Shown here piece after piece: positions 23,720 through 38,672 of a stretch of DNA of 64,000 bases (the first letter of the stretch is position 1; each line of letters opens with the position of its first letter). The notes beneath the pieces are model-generated. The model saw only the letters and a program-made list of their open reading frames with translations, had not been told where the DNA came from and did not search any database. The position numbers and the translations under genes are program-made. Source of the stretch: the human T2T-CHM13v2.0 reference genome, Homo sapiens; the NCBI RefSeq assembly GCF_009914755.1, contig NC_060930.1, one strand, 5' to 3'.

Positions 23720-26110
23720 CACTACCAAATGGTTGGGAAATTATTGGCACTTTGACACATGTTGTAGAATAACTGGCTATTCCTAATAAGGCAACACAGA
23801 AAAACAAACCTGGTAAATTAAAGACATAAATATAAAAATTAACACTGCAAAAATTTTAGGAGAAAAATTAGAAGGATATCTTTATGATATCAGGATAGAG
23901 AATAATTTGTTAAATCAAAACTACACAGGAAAAGATGTTTGAAATTTAACTATCAAAATTTAAAATTTCTGTGTGATAAATGACAACATAAAAAAATTAA
24001 GACAAGTTACAGACTAGAAGATATTTGCAGGCATATTAAAATCTCCTTTCTCTCAAATAGTATCTCTCAAATAGTTCTTCATGTATTATAAACCAAAAGA
24101 CAACCCAATAAATAGTGGGCAAGGAGCTCACAGAGAAGAAAACACAATGGCCAGTAAATATATAAAAGTACTCTCAACCTCTCTATAATAAATGGTTATA
24201 CAAACAAAATAACAATCATAGGGTTTTTACTTGTAATGATAGCTGACTAACTTGCATGAAACTAAATATTTTAATGTAAGACAACAAAAATAACTGGAAA
24301 TTTTTTAAAAATCAGTTTTAAGATGTCACAGAACAATCAAAATAGTTAGGATATTAGGAACCAATATTGCAAGGAGATCAGAACAGTGATATAAGATCAA
24401 CATTTACTATTGCCTGGACCATAGAAATATTTGCCAATCCATAACTTTTGGCCAAGAGGCTAGAGGTCTAACAAAAACTGGTAATTAAAATGAAAAACAG
24501 TGGAGAATTTTGACAGTCTCAAAAGCTGGGGAGAATAATACTGGAGTTCAAACCTCATCATAGGTAAAATACTCCAGACATTCCCTTTAAAGCCCAGAAA
24601 GTCTATACTCTTGGGCTAAGGGAAATGGAAATAGAGTACTTCTCACTATTATTAAAACAAACAAACAAACAAAAAACAAAATAACCTTGTGTCAGTTCAG
24701 TACAAGACCAATTAAGTTTACCTATTTCTCTTCTAATTGGCTATCTGCCAGAAGCAAAAATTTGTCCTCCATGTAGAAAATCAGCTACATCAGGAGCCTC
24801 ACGTTATCTTTAAATCTTTTCATATACAGTGTCTGACATCCAGTAAAAATTATCAATCATACCAGACACAGAATCAAATCACTGAAAACAAGGAGAAAAA
24901 CTTGGGATAATAGAAATAATAGAATAATAGAAATAGATGCATAATTGATAAAATATTAGTTATCAGACACAGACTTTAAAATAATGTGATTAACCTGTTC
25001 AAGAAAAATACATGACACAATAGAGTTTTTCAGCCAAGAAATAGAATAAAGAAAAAATCAGATAGAAATTCTACTTGGAAAAATAGATTAGCCAAAATAA
25101 AGAACTCAATGGATTGATTAAACAGAGGACTGAACACTGCTAAAAAGAGAATTAATGAACTGAAACATATATAGGCAATTATTCTTGCATAAAAGCCCAC
25201 TTTTTCTAATGTTATATATCAACTTTCTTTTGGTTAATATTTGTGTATACAGCTTTTTTATTAATTTTTTTCTCTTTTAAATTTGCTTTCAACATTTCTA
25301 CAGCCTTACATTTAAAATGCATCTCATGTATGTCATAAATGTCTGGCTTAAAAAAAAAACTGACAAATCTTTTAATCACAGTATTTAGACTGCTTACATT
25401 TAATTAAAACTCTCATATATTTTTGTTTAAATTGACTATCCTACTATTTACTTTCTTTTTGTTCTGATATGGTTTGGCTGTGTCCACATCCAAATTTCAC
25501 CTTGAATTGTAATAATCCCCACATGTCAAGGGCAGGGCCAAGTGGAGATAATTGAATCATGGGGAGGCTTCCCCCAAACTGTTCGAGTGGTAGTAAATAA
25601 GTCCCATGAGATCTGATGGTTTTATAAATGGGAGTTCCCCTGAACAAGCTTTCTTGCCTACTGGCATGTAAGACGTGACTTTGCTCCTTATTCACCTTCT
25701 GCCATAATTGTGAGACCTCCTCAGCTATGTGGAGCTGTAAGTCAATTAAACCTCTTTCCTTTATACATTACCCAGTCTCGCCTTTGTCTTTATTAACAGT
25801 GTGAGAACAGATTAATTTTTTTATTTTTCCTCAATTTTAGTCAAGTATTAATCAAGTACTATTCCACAGTCTCTACTACTTTATAATTCATTTTACTATT
25901 CTTTTATGGATTACCCTAAAGATTAAAACATACATTTTTGATTTATTTTTTAATATTTATTATTTTTGCTATGTCCCCAACAATGCATATACTCTTTTCC
26001 CACCTTTTGATCTATTAGTTGTCATGTATTTTACTTATTCAAATATTGTAGACCATACAATGTATTAAATAATATATTAGCATTTATTCAATTGTACTTA
26101 TATAATGTAT
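23720..26110. mobile_element. Mosaic of ancient L1M fragments (+ strand to ~25170, then - strand)
   Basis: gacaagttacagactagaagatatttgc; agaactcaatggattg...gagaattaatgaactgaa (ORF1-like); tttagactgcttacatttaat. Confidence 0.6.
25465..25816 (+). mobile_element. THE1B/C solo LTR
   Basis: tgatatggtttggctgtgtcc...gtgtgagaacagattaat. Confidence 0.9.
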
Positions 26111-27399
26111 GTAATTTTCCATGTTTCTCACCCTCCCATAGTTTCAAAACTTCTTTTCTGTTCATCTAAAAATGTTTTCAACTAATTTTAATTAATGTAT
26201 CATTTTAAATTATCAGTTGGATCTTCAGGTGGAAAATTTGATTAACATTTTCATGACTGAAGAAAAATATCAATAGAACTTATCACATTTAGGCTAGCTG
26301 AATTTTTAAGTGAAGCATCTTCTTGGACTTGAGTTTGTTTAATGAAACAGAGGTCTTGTATAGTTTTGCTCTTCACGTCTTTTCTAGATGAACACGGGGG
26401 ACAGAAAAGGAACCAGAGAGACCCCGTTATAGTTTTACCTTGGAGAGCAGGCTAAGATGTGGGGTAGAAAGATTATAGAAGCAAGATTTTTCAATTGGAT
26501 GTCTAATTATTTTTAAGGCACTATGTTTCTCTTAGCCTGATTTACATTAAATCCAGAATACGCTGTCTTTCATTAAAACAATTTTTGGTAACACGAAGGC
26601 AGAATTATTAATAGCTTCATCATTCTTCTTATCCAATGCTGAAACATTCAAGATAGACTTTTAAATTATTGGTACTGAAAAAAACTCATTTCCTTCATCA
26701 TTTAAAGTTGTTGATTTCCCAAATTAACATTTAGCCCTTTCTTTAATGAGACACACAGAAATAAAAGGGAGGTAGAGACTTTTCTCTTGCATTTGGACCA
26801 AAATGACTTTATTACTTAGTATAGTTAAAATCATCAAAGACAGCTTCCATGTTTTAACAATGGATTCTCTGCAGTTTATAGGGATATTGTTCTACAGAGG
26901 AAAAACAAACTGAGGACTTTTATAAGAGGGCATTCTTGGTTCAGGGTGCATTATAAATGATACACTATCACTTTCAGACCTGATAATAAAAAGAGACAAG
27001 GTTTTAATGTTAAAACACTAAAATTGATTTATTGATATTATACTTGTCAAGTACAGGAGGAACCAGCTTATAGTGTTGATAAGGTGAGCATAGAATTTAG
27101 TTTGGTTATAGATACAGTTTATTATGCAATGCAATTACACAACCAATTTCTTGAGGGTTCTCTGAGGGTAGACTGAGTTGAGGCAGCCCACTAGAACTGG
27201 ATCCTGAGTAATCTGGAGAATAATAATGACCCCATCGTTTCAGGCAGCTAAACTTCTCTACCTTCATACCTAAGAGTTCACATAAGTGCATGATAGCCAA
27301 GCCTGCCAAACTAATTAATTACAGTCAGTTTTGAAGGGACTGAAATGAAATTTTGATCAATTTCATTCTCCAGCTCTAATCTCTTCTCCAATTTATTTT

Positions 27400-27905
27400 A
27401 GTCTAGATTTCTCTAAAGAGAACCCCTAATACAAAGCCTTACCCACAGATAGTTTATTTGGGGAGTGATACAAGTGAGAAAGGGAGGGGGCATGAGGATT
27501 GAGACAGGAGAAAGGGAAATAATCCAAGGGTGCATGTTGAATTGGCCATCACTATGGAGGGCTGATGCACCATGTAGCCAGGAATTTCTCAGGAATCTCA
27601 TGGAACATGTCTCAGAATTGTCCAAACAGGGAACAAAAAAAGAGAAAAGCATTTATGACGTGGCCCCATTTCCCCCATTAGTAAAGGAAGCTCCTACAGA
27701 TCTGTCATCTCTGCAGTCCTGGTTTGTACATTCATGAAAGCTAAGTGGGTTCGTGCAAACATCCTGTGCTGCAGCATCAGAGATGTTCTGGGGAAAAAGT
27801 GACAGCAGGTCTGAGTGAGGTGTTGTCAAGAAGCTCCTGAGGAAAGCTGGTGGATATCTACATGGAAGATATGAAGTGACACACAAGAAAGGTATGATGT
27901 AGTCC
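27400..27905 (-). mobile_element. ERVL 3' LTR (LTR16-type) of a decayed provirus
   Basis: gatagtttatttggggagtgat...gagacaggagaaagggaa; directly adjoins ERVL-like internal sequence. Confidence 0.6.
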
Positions 27906-28529
27906 ATCCTTTGTGTTTTTTAAATGCAGTTATGATCCATTAAGTCAAGCCCATCATAGGGTTCCCTTCTAGGTCAAAACCAGCAGCAGTATCTGTAAGG
28001 ACTTTATACACATGGCTTATTGTGACAAGCTACTGCAGTTCGTTCTGAGACTGAAATTGATATTTCTCATCTCACTCCTCCACTACCCATTCTAGAAATC
28101 TTTCATCCTTTGACAGCGCCTTAGCTTGCTTAGTGTGGTGACCTAATTCTTCTTCCTTAAAGAGTCTAAGCCTTAGTAACTTTCCCTTTTCAAACAATGG
28201 TTGTTACATATCCATTCACCATTGTCACTGAGCACAGAAACACCAAGAGACATCCCAGAAATACCTAGCAGTTGAGATATACCTCTCTGTTCTCGTCATG
28301 TAACAGCAAACCTACATCTTCAGTGCAATTAGAGTTGATTACTTTAGGTTACTCCTTTTCTTGCTGACATGGGAAGCCCAAAGTGGCCGGGTGCTAGTTG
28401 GAACTTTAAATTCAGAGTACTCTTTCCTATGTGCTTTAGTGGAAGTGTTCCCTTCCCTGAGAACTGGGACACTTGATCTGGCAGAGCAGAAATGGGAAAC
28501 ACAAATTCCAAAAGAGGGTCACCATGATG

Positions 28530-29023
28530 GCGAGGGTGATGGGGGCAGGTGAGCCCCAAAGTGGAACTTAGTTCATGAGGGTTCCTGGCTTTTCCCAGGA
28601 AAAAATTCAAGGGCAAGCCAGAGGTAGAAGAAAACAGCTTTATGGAAAACTGTGTTACAGCTCTGACAGTGTTACAAGTCTGTGATTACTCCTGCAGATT
28701 AGGGCTACCCCACAGGCAGAGAGTAGCAGCTCATGGCAGTTTTGCAGTCATATTTACACCCACTTTTAACTGCATCCAAATAAGGGGCAGTTGATGCAGA
28801 GATTTCTAGGGAAGCGGTAGTAACTTTTGGGTCACTGGGTCATTGTCACGGAAAGGGATGGTAACTCCTGAGTGTTGCCATGGCAATGGTAAATTGACAT
28901 AGCACACTGATGTGTGTATCTGATTGAAAGCTGCTTTGACCTTGGCCCTGTTTTAGCTAGTCCTTAATCTGGTCCGTTGTCGCAGCCCTGCCTCTGGAGT
29001 CAAGTCCCACCTCCTACATCAAC
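28530..29023 (-). mobile_element. ERV1-class solo LTR nested in the ERVL remnant (subfamily not resolved)
   Basis: cccaggaaaaaattcaagggcaagcca...gttgccatggcaatggtaaa...cccacctcctacatca. Confidence 0.65.
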
Positions 29024-29970
29024 AGGATCCGGTATTTCTTCTGTGCTTTGGTTGCCAGACCCAAGTATTCTAATGACTCTGCCCCAAACATCCAATACTG
29101 GACAAGCAAACATACCACATCCTGGACAATGACAACCCACTTTGCTGGTGCCTCAGTTGAACTGCTTCTGAGCGATAAGATTTATAGTCTGGTACCAGAT
29201 GTCCCTTGTCATAAAATAAGCACCTCAATCTCAGCCATTGCTAGTTGGGATACCATACCAATGATTGGCATTTTGTAATTCCTTGCATGATGGTGCTGGC
29301 TGAGGCACTGCAGGTAAGAAAAGCAAACTCACATCCAGTGTGGATGCTATTTCTGGTCAGGATACATCACTGCCCCCTCTGGGGTCTGAGACAGATGTCT
29401 GGTATCTCAAAGGATCGTGCCACATTCAGGTTTCCAACCAGCTTTTCTCTGAATCATTGTCACTGAGGTCCTAACGGCAGACACTCAGACTCTGCAAGGG
29501 CTCAAGAACACACTAGGAACTGCTTTTAAACAGCAAGTTGTTGATTCTCTGCTACAGCAGGTATGCCCCAGCTCTAGGTGTCTGATGGTAGGTGTCTGAA
29601 CTGTGACTCCCCTGATGGAGGTTGCTAGACCTTCCACCTGCATCCTCATCCACCGTGGATACCTTTAGGACTCTCAGATCTGCGATACAAATGGCTCAAG
29701 GGTCACGACAACTTTCACTGAGTCTGGATCTGGCACACAATTCTCCTTCATGCTGGGTCCTTCTCAAAACTGGTAGCCTTCTGAGCCATGTGACATGTGA
29801 GCCAGAGCAGTATTCCCACATGCAGTAGAAGCTGCCTCAAAATCCAGAGGGCTGAAAAGCATCACACTTCTTTTGTAATGAGAATGGCTGCAAGAAACAG
29901 CAAGTTGTCCCTTATCTTAGAAAGGATGTTCCATTTTGCCCCAAACCACTGGACTCATAAAAACCTTATT

Positions 29971-30295
<325 letters not shown>

Positions 30296-30578
30296 CTAAA
30301 ATAAATCAATGTTTATTTCATGTCCTCTGCTGTTCATCAGTTTTACTAAGTATCCAAAGTACTTTCCACTATCTGTTTATCCGGTACGGTTAGCATGATG
30401 TAATCGTGTTGTGGACCAGTGTTGTGGACAAACAGAAAACATTAATTGGGTAATTGGGTTTTAGATATGATAAAATGGTTGTAACAACAGATTTCTGTGT
30501 AATAATGTCCATCCGGCAACTACAAATGTAATTCTTGTGAAGTAAAATATAAGACAGAGGAATATGAATGAAGACATT

Positions 30579-30932
30579 TGATATGGTTTGGCTGTGTCCC
30601 TACCCAAATCTCATCTTGAATTCCCATGTGTTGTGGGAGGGAACTGGTGGGAGGTAATTGAATCATGGGGGCAAGTCTTACCTGCGCTGTTCTCGTGATA
30701 GTGAATAAGTCTCATGAGATCTGATAGTTTTAAAAAGGGGAGTTTCCCTGCACAAGCTCTCTCTCTTTGCCTGCTGCCATCCATGTAAGATGTGACCTGC
30801 CCCTCCTTGCCTTCCACCATGATTGTGAGCCTCCCCAGCCATGTGGACGTGTAAGCCCATTAAGCCTCTTTCTTTGTAAATTGCCCAGTCTCAGGTATGT
30901 CTTTATCAGCAGCATGGAAACAGACTAATACA
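30579..30932 (+). mobile_element. THE1A/B solo LTR
   Basis: tgatatggtttggctgtgtccc...cagactaataca; TSD acatt/atatt. Confidence 0.92.
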
Positions 30933-31172
30933 ATATTAGTTTGGCAACAGATTGTAAAGATATGATAAGGTCATCTAGGAATGAATTCGTCCTCAGAAGA
31001 AAAAGACAAAAGAACAGTAAACCAACTCTGTCCTTTTAAGCTGTTGCATGTCTTTATGCTGTCTCCATTTTTTAATTAAAGGATAATTTTTAATTCTTTT
31101 AAAATTAAACTGAAGGCAGTGCACTGGGATCTACATTTTAGGAAAATAAGTCTGAATAAATACAGTTTAAGA

Positions 31173-31446
31173 GGCTGGGCACAGAAGCTTATGCCTATAA
31201 TCCCAGCAATTATGGAGGCTAAAGTGGGAGGATGGCTTGAGGACAGGAGTTTGAGACCAGGTTGGGCAAATTAGAGAGACCCTGTCTCCACAAAAATAAA
31301 ATAATAATTAGTCGAGGGTGGTGGCACATGCCTGTAGTCACAGCTACTCAGGAGGTTGAGGCAGAAGGATCACTTGAGCCCAGGAGTTTGAGGCTGCAAT
31401 GAACTATAATCATGCCTGGGCGACAGAGGGAGACCCTGTCTCTAAA

Positions 31447-31453
<7 letters not shown>
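31173..31453 (+). mobile_element. AluJ
   Basis: ggctgggcacag...gatcacttgagcccaggagtttgaggctgca. Confidence 0.92.

Positions 31454-31492
<39 letters not shown>
31454..31492. repeat. (CA)n microsatellite in Alu tail
   Basis: About 19 uninterrupted AC units. Confidence 0.97.
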
Positions 31493-31495
<3 letters not shown>

Positions 31496-32239
31496 TTTAA
31501 GGATTGGGGAAAGTGAAAACAAGTTGTCAGCTTAAGGGCCATCGGCATAAGTCTGCCTGGGAAGCAGTAGTTTATCCATGTCCTGGGAAGAAGACTGTTT
31601 CGGTTTAGCCAATTTGATGAGACATGTTTGGTATGGGGAGTTAGCTTCCAGGGTAAGGCCATAAAGCTGATGCATGAGATAAGGTAATTTTTAAAATATG
31701 TTTAGGAGATCTCAACAAGCTAGCTAGGGAGGAGAAGGAAAAACACAAGATTGGTGAAGAAAAGAAACATGATGGGGAATGGCAATTCAACAAGAGGAGA
31801 TAAACTGAAAAATTTCCAGCAGAAGATTTTGGGGGGAAGAGGAGATAAGGATAATGGAAAAGAGTTTAAAGTTCAGAACTTTATATTTAAGTTAAATAAT
31901 CTGCATAAGCCTCTTGCCTTGCCCCATTTGCTCTAAATCATCAGTAAAGGTCTATGACCTACATTGGCTTTTTGTGAGTGTTTTGAGAAGAAATTAAGGC
32001 AGGGGGCTTGTCTTCCCCATCAGGATCAACGGAAGGTATACAAAAGAAAATAGAAAAAAAGAAAGGAAATAAAAGAGAGAATTTCTCAGAAGTAGAAAAT
32101 CAGAGATAGAAGTGTGTAGATACTGGGGGAAAATGTTTATTATCCCATCCCACACAAAAAGGATGGTGGGGGTGGAATCCAGGAAAGGATTCCAACTGAT
32201 ATCTGGGTATCACCTTACCTGTATTCCTAAGCAGCTAAC

Positions 32240-35200
32240 AATTGTTTTTATTAAGGAAAAAACAGTTTTAAAGAAAGTGTTTATACTGAAGTCTACCACA
32301 CATATGTCAAAGTGCAAAAATCCCAAGAGTACAGCTCCATAAATTATCTCAAAGTGGAACATACCCATAAGACCACCCAGATCAGTAAAGAGATGGTTAC
32401 CAAATCCCCAGAAGTTCCCACCCTACTCCTGCCTCCTCACCCAACATAATCACCATCATGAGTTTTAAAACCATAGACTAGTTTTGCCTTTTTTTGACTT
32501 TCACGTCAATAATTTCATAGCATACCTTATGTATGTCTGGCTTCTCTAGCTCAATTTTATGATTGTGAGAGTCATTCACATTGTACTGTGTACCACTAAT
32601 TTTCATGGTTGTATAGTATTCCATTGTATGATTACTACACTTTATTTATCCATTCTACTGTTGACAGTCATTTGAGTAGATTCCAGTTTTTGGCTATGGC
32701 ACATCTTTTGGTGAACATATGTTCCCATTTCTAATGGGGTACATACCTAGAAGTGGAATTATTAGGTCAAATTATATATATAATATATGAATTATATATT
32801 TTATATATAATATATATAGAATATATATAACACTCTAGTAGATAATGCCAAATAGTTTTTAAGTGGTTGTACCTATTTATACTCTGGCCAGCAGTGTATG
32901 AAAGTACCAGCTGCTCTGCATCTTGACCCATCACAGTCTTGCCCATCTTTTACTTTAGCCATTGTGGTGAATGAATATGGTATTCATAGTAGTATTAATT
33001 TGCAATGCTTTGATGATTCATGAAATTGAGCACCTTTTGAAGGATTTATTGGAATTTTTGATATCGTCTCTTATAAAGTACCTACACAAGTCTCTTGCCT
33101 ATTTTTCTACCATGTTGTTTGTCTTTTTCTATTTGATCTATAGTGTACTCTGGATATGAGTCTTTTCATATTTATATATGTGTTGCAATTATTTTCTCTC
33201 ATACTGTGGCATGTCTTTTCACTATGTATTTTCAACTTTTTATTTGGAAATAATTTTAAACTCATAGAATATTTGCAAAAAATAATAAAGAGAAATCATA
33301 TGCAGCTTCTCCTTATGTTAACCATTTACATAATTGTAGTAAAATTAGCAATGCCAGGAAATTAACATTGGTACAATACTATTAACCAAACTGCATATGT
33401 TATTCTAATTTCATCAATTTTTCTTCTAATGCCATTTTTTATTTGTTTATGTCAAGATGTAATCTCAGATACCACATTGTATTTGGTAGTTATGTCTCCT
33501 GAGTCTCCTCCAAACTATGGCAGTTCCTCATTCTTTCCTTGTCTTTCATGACCTTGACAGTTTTTATGAGTACTGATTAGTTTTTGTAGAATATCTGTTA
33601 ATTCAGTTTGTTTGATATTTTCTAATAGTTATATTGAGATTTTGCATTTTCTGGCAAGAATACCATAAAAGTTATGTTTAGTTCTTAATGCAACATAGAA
33701 GTAGGGAGTACATGAGGTCAATGTGTCGTATTACTGGTGATGTTAACTTTGAACACTTGATAAAGGTGTTTTCTACCAGGATTCTCCACTGTAGTTATTA
33801 TCTTGCCCTTTTTAATTGATAAATATCTTGGGAAAGATACTTTGACACTATTTAAATGTCTTTTTTCTTCTCAAACATTTCCCCATGAATCCAACAGTGC
33901 ATCTTACCTGCAACAATTATTATCGTGGTATTTGCCTAATTTTGCATTTACATTTCCCTCTTCCATTGACATTTATTAATTAAATTTATACTGTAAGGTG
34001 GAGCTGTTGCTTATCCTCCATTTATTTATTTGATCAATTATTCATTTATGTAAGTATGAGCTCACAAATTCTTTATTTTATTCTATAGGCTATAAGACAA
34101 TACAATCATTATTTATTTTGTGGCTCAAATTGTTCCACATTTGGCTATTGAGTGCTTCAACCTGTGGCCTTTGGCATGCCCCATCTTTTTTGAGTTCCTC
34201 ATTATTTCCTGGCACCAAGTTTATCTTGTATTTTTGCTGCTCACTCCTGGAATTAACCACTTTTCAAAGAATTATTTATTTTATTGGAGAACGGTGTTTA
34301 GAAACCAATAACTGGGTGCAACACATGCTCATTGCTACTGGGATGTCATTACTCCTAGGTCCTCTCAGCAGACAGAGCTGTGAAATACATGTATGTGCAC
34401 TGAAACATTCATGCACACACATCTATATTTATTTCTATGTTTAACTCTCTGTATGAAACCCTGAATTCAAATGGATAGCTCTGATTCCAACTCAACACCG
34501 GAACATTCATTCTAGATTTCCCTTTTTCCTTATTTTTATATTCTTTCTCCAATAGTGAGAATCTGGCTCTCATTATCTATTTACAATATATTCATTTATT
34601 TACTCAATCACAGTATACACATAAAAGAGCTATAAAATTGCTAATTCAAACTCCTATTAGAAACAGATTTACTAAACAGAGTACAGTGTTTTTGTATAAT
34701 TATTTTTGTCTTTAGCTTTACAGTAGCCCGTAAAAATACTGTTTTGCCAAGGTTACTTACGTGAATTCTTTTGCACCCCCTTTGGTGTGATTATTTTGTT
34801 AATTTTTAAGATGGCTAGCTTCATTTGTTAGTGTTCATGTTCCATTTTGGATCTCCTTACATCTCAGTTGATTCAAATTATTTATTTACTTGAGTGAGGG
34901 AGGATATGTAAAAACTGTCACTATCTTCCTAAGAGGCAAAGACATACAAAAAGATATGCTTGGAGAAGTGGTTCTCCCTTCTCATCCATGGTAATACATT
35001 CTCTTTCCTCCTTTCTTTCCACCCCTTTCTCATCGCCACCTGTAGGTAACCCATATCTTTAGCTTCTGGTTTACTATTTTTAATTTCTTTTCCACAAATG
35101 AGCAGATACCAGTGTGTTTTCTTAAATCCTTTTATTTTTTAACAAAAGGGTGGCATAATATAGATACTCTTTAGTACTTTGCTTTTGTCACTTATCAGTA

Positions 35201-35750
35201 TAACCTGGAAATCACTCTAATTGGTTCATAGAGAGCTCTTCCTAATTCTTTGTTTTCTTTTTCATAGCTGCATAGTACTTCATTATGTGGGTATATCAGA
35301 TTTATTCATCCACTTTTTTATGTTTGGGTATTTTATTTATTTCCAATATTTTGCAACTATTATATCTTCTGCAGTTCCCCACCAACAATGTATGAGAGTG
35401 TCTGCTTTTACTAGCCTAAACAAAGAAAGTGTCATTATGTTTTAAATCTTTGCCAATATGATAGATGAGAAATAGCAGCTCAATGTTCCATTTCTCTTTA
35501 ATTAGGCTCAACATTTTTTATATGTTTGAGGGCCATTCTCATGCGTTTTTTATGGTGAATCATCTGTGGCACAGTATGTAACATTTGTACATTAGTCTTC
35601 CACCATCATTCCTGCCATTAAATCTTCAATGTACATCATTATGTTTTAAAATGCTCACCCTCAAACTTTTGCTGAAATTTTCCCAGTCATTAAAATGGTA
35701 GATTCCTCAAAAAGGGCTAATTAGTCCAGGATTTCCTAGATTCTTGTAAG
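32240..35750 (-). mobile_element. Nested old L1ME/L1MC fragments, with a TA-rich tract at ~32770-32830
   Basis: tagtattccattgtatg; cctagaagtggaatt; aattaacattggtacaatactatt; ccccaccaacaatgtatgagag. Confidence 0.75.
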
Positions 35751-35765
35751 TTAAAACTGTTTTTC

Positions 35766-35838
35766 GCCATTGCACTCCAGCCTGGTCAATAAGAGCAAAA
35801 CTCCATCTCAAAAAAAAAAACCAAAAAACGAAAACAAA
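35766..35838 (+). mobile_element. Extremely 5'-truncated Alu (44 bp body plus tail) with 13-bp TSD
   Basis: gccattgcactccagcctggtcaataagagcaaaactccatctc; AAAACTGTTTTTC at 35753-35765 and 35839-35851. Confidence 0.92.
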
Positions 35839-37146
35839 AAAACTGTTTTTCTACAGCCTTGATATTTGAAGTACAGCTTAAGAACCAGGATACTTGGTAT
35901 GGAAGAAAGAAGATATGGTTATATTATTAATTGGCTAAATAAAATATTTATAATACTAAATTTAAATTGGAAATATTAGTACAAATGTATAAGGTATCAT
36001 ATTTATGTGTGTACATGTAAGTATATGTGTGTCTACATATATTTCTCTGTACATTGAGTCTTAGAATCATTGATTAATGCAGTTAGGAATGAGAATCTCT
36101 AGTGCCCATACAGATTATGTTCTTAAAATACTTAAATTAGTTCAGGAAATGTTCAAGATGAGACTGAACCATCTTGTCATATCTGATTGATAGCTAGATA
36201 GCTAGAAATCTGTCAAAGCACTAGTGTCATGTCCAAAAGACTGAGGAGCTAACTTGAAAGGATCTTACTGTTCAAAGATGGAATAGCTTGAGCTTAAATA
36301 AAGATAATAATTACAGTGGATTGAAACTTATTAAATGTATTTAAATTCATGAGTTGATAATAATATCCATGAACTAATTGGTCACTTTTAAGAGAAATAG
36401 GAAACCAATTCATTAGCCAGAATAAAGATAAAGACAGGGAAAGATTCAGGAATTTATATTTCCTTTTTAATAACTGTACCCCAGGGTAATTTAATAGGTG
36501 ATTTTTTTAAAAAAAGTCTCTCCTTAAAAAGCAAAGCTAATAAGTAGGAATTGACTGCGACTTCTGATTTCAGCCTGGGCATGTAAGAAGCTTGGAAATC
36601 ATCACTCATGTATTTACAAGAAGAAAAAAACTGAACAAACTGAAAATCATTGGCTCTCCATCAACACTCAGAGGACTGAAGCTGCATGGCAATTTGACAC
36701 CCTGAAATCTGGAGAGACAGATGGATACAGAGAGTCACAGCCAAGATCTCACCAGGAGCAGATGCCTCTGGAGCCACAAACTGGTAAAAACACTTACATG
36801 GTAATTTTGACAGACTGCAGGAGACTGAATGAATATGGACTAGTATGAGAGTTAGAAAGTCCTAAGGGCCACAGTTTTTCATGGGTCTTATGTCCAGGAA
36901 CCGCACCATGTTCTACCAGTGAAGATACGAGGATTCCCTCCAGATTCTGGCAGGGGGGAAGGGAAAAATGATCTCCTCCCCAAAACTCATAACCCCAGTC
37001 TAATCATGAGAAAAATATCAGACTAACCCCAATGCAGGAACATTCTACAATACTAAAAACTCTCAAGGTTATCAAAAACAAGGAGTCTCAGAAACTGTGA
37101 CAGCCAAGAGAAGCCTAAAAGAAATGATGACTAAATGTATTATGGT

Positions 37147-37920
37147 TGTTATGGATGGAATATGTGTATTCTCCCTAAATTCATATATGTTGAATCCCTA
37201 ACCCCCAATGTGATAGTATTTGGATATGCAGGCCTTTGAGTGATAATAATAGTTAGATGAGATCACGCAGGTGGGGCCCCCATGATGTGATTAATGCCCT
37301 TAAAAGAGGCACCAGAGAGCTTGCCCTCTCTCCTTGCCATGTGAGGATGTGGGAGAAAGGCAGCTGCATGCAATCCAGGAAGAGGGCCCTCACCAGGAAT
37401 TGAATCAGCTAACACCTTGATCTTGAACTTCCCAGCTTCCAGAACTGGAAGAAACCAACCCACTGGTCCTATAGGCTGATCTTTTGATAAACATAGAAAT
37501 TGACCCTTCTGGTCTTAAGGCTTGAAACTTATATTTGTTCTATCTGCGTTCCTTCCTTTGGACAGGACCTTCAGGCCTCTAAATAAAGTATTAAAGAACT
37601 GAAACTCACCAGATCACCGCATCAGATGTGGGACCCCTCATTCACCACGATTGCTTCCTTGCCCCTCCCTAGTTCTTGTTTTCTTACACATTGTTACAGT
37701 TCTCCCCTGCTATATAAACCCCTAGTTTAAGTCAGTCAGGGAAATGGATTTGAGACTGAACTCTCACCTCCTATCTCCTCAGCTGCAGCATCCAATTAAA
37801 GCCTTCTTCCTTGGCAATACTTGTCTCAGTGATTGGCTTTCTGTGCAGCAAGCAGCAGGACCTAGACCAAACCCCTAATGTTTCGGTAACAGTATTATGG
37901 TGGCCCAAGCAGGCTAAGAT
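37147..37920 (+). mobile_element. MLT1A-like LTR, interrupted near its 3' end by a second ERV LTR (~37446-37891)
   Basis: tgttatggatggaatatgtg...ttcccagcttccagaactg, then the insert ending cctagaccaaacccctaatgtttcggtaaca, then gtattatggtggcccaagcaggctaaga. Confidence 0.75.
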
Positions 37921-38346
37921 GGGATCCTGCCACATAAAAAGGGCATTAGGTATAGTTAATAATCTTATATCAATATTGGTTCATTAATTATAATAACCAT
38001 ACTGTACTATCGTAAGATAGTAACAGGGGAAACTGGTTATATGGAGAGAAGGGAATGTAGGCACACTGTACTATCGGCTCACTTTTTCTGTAAATCTAAA
38101 ACTGTTCTAAAAAATAAAGTGCATTTAAAGTTGAAATATAATAAATTAAAAATAATATGTGGAATTTAAAAAACTATCCTTTTGTAACCCAGAACTAATT
38201 GATCCAGGCATATGGCATCAATAGTAGCTAAAAATACCTCCCAAAAAAAGATAACCAGACATTATTTGCTTCCTGATGAAATAACACTTCGTATATCTTG
38301 CAAAAAAAAAAGGTTTCATTTAAGTCAGATCAAAACTTTGAATTCA

Positions 38347-38672
38347 AGCCAGCCACAGTGGCTCACAGCTGTAATCCCAGCACTTTGGGAGGCTGAGGTG
38401 GAAGCATAACGCTTGAGTCCCAGAGTTCAGACCAGCATGGGCAACATGATGAGACCCTATCTCTACAAAAAAAAAAAAAATTAAAAATTAGCCAGGCATG
38501 TTAGTGTGTGCCTGTAGTCCCAGCTACTCAGGAAGCTAAGCTGGAAGGATCCCTTGAGGCCAGGAGTTTGAGAGTTTGAGGCCGCCATAAGCCCTGATCA
38601 CACCACTGCACTCCAGCCTGGGCAACAGAGGAAGACTCTATCTCAAAAAAAAAAAAAAAAAAAAAAAAAAAG
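38347..38672 (+). mobile_element. AluJ with long poly(A)
   Basis: gccagccacagtggctcacagctgtaatcccagc...gactctatctc(A)n. Confidence 0.93.

Noticed and set aside
24049-24076. 14-bp tandem repeat tctctcaaatagta
   Set aside because: Ordinary slippage duplication inside an old L1.
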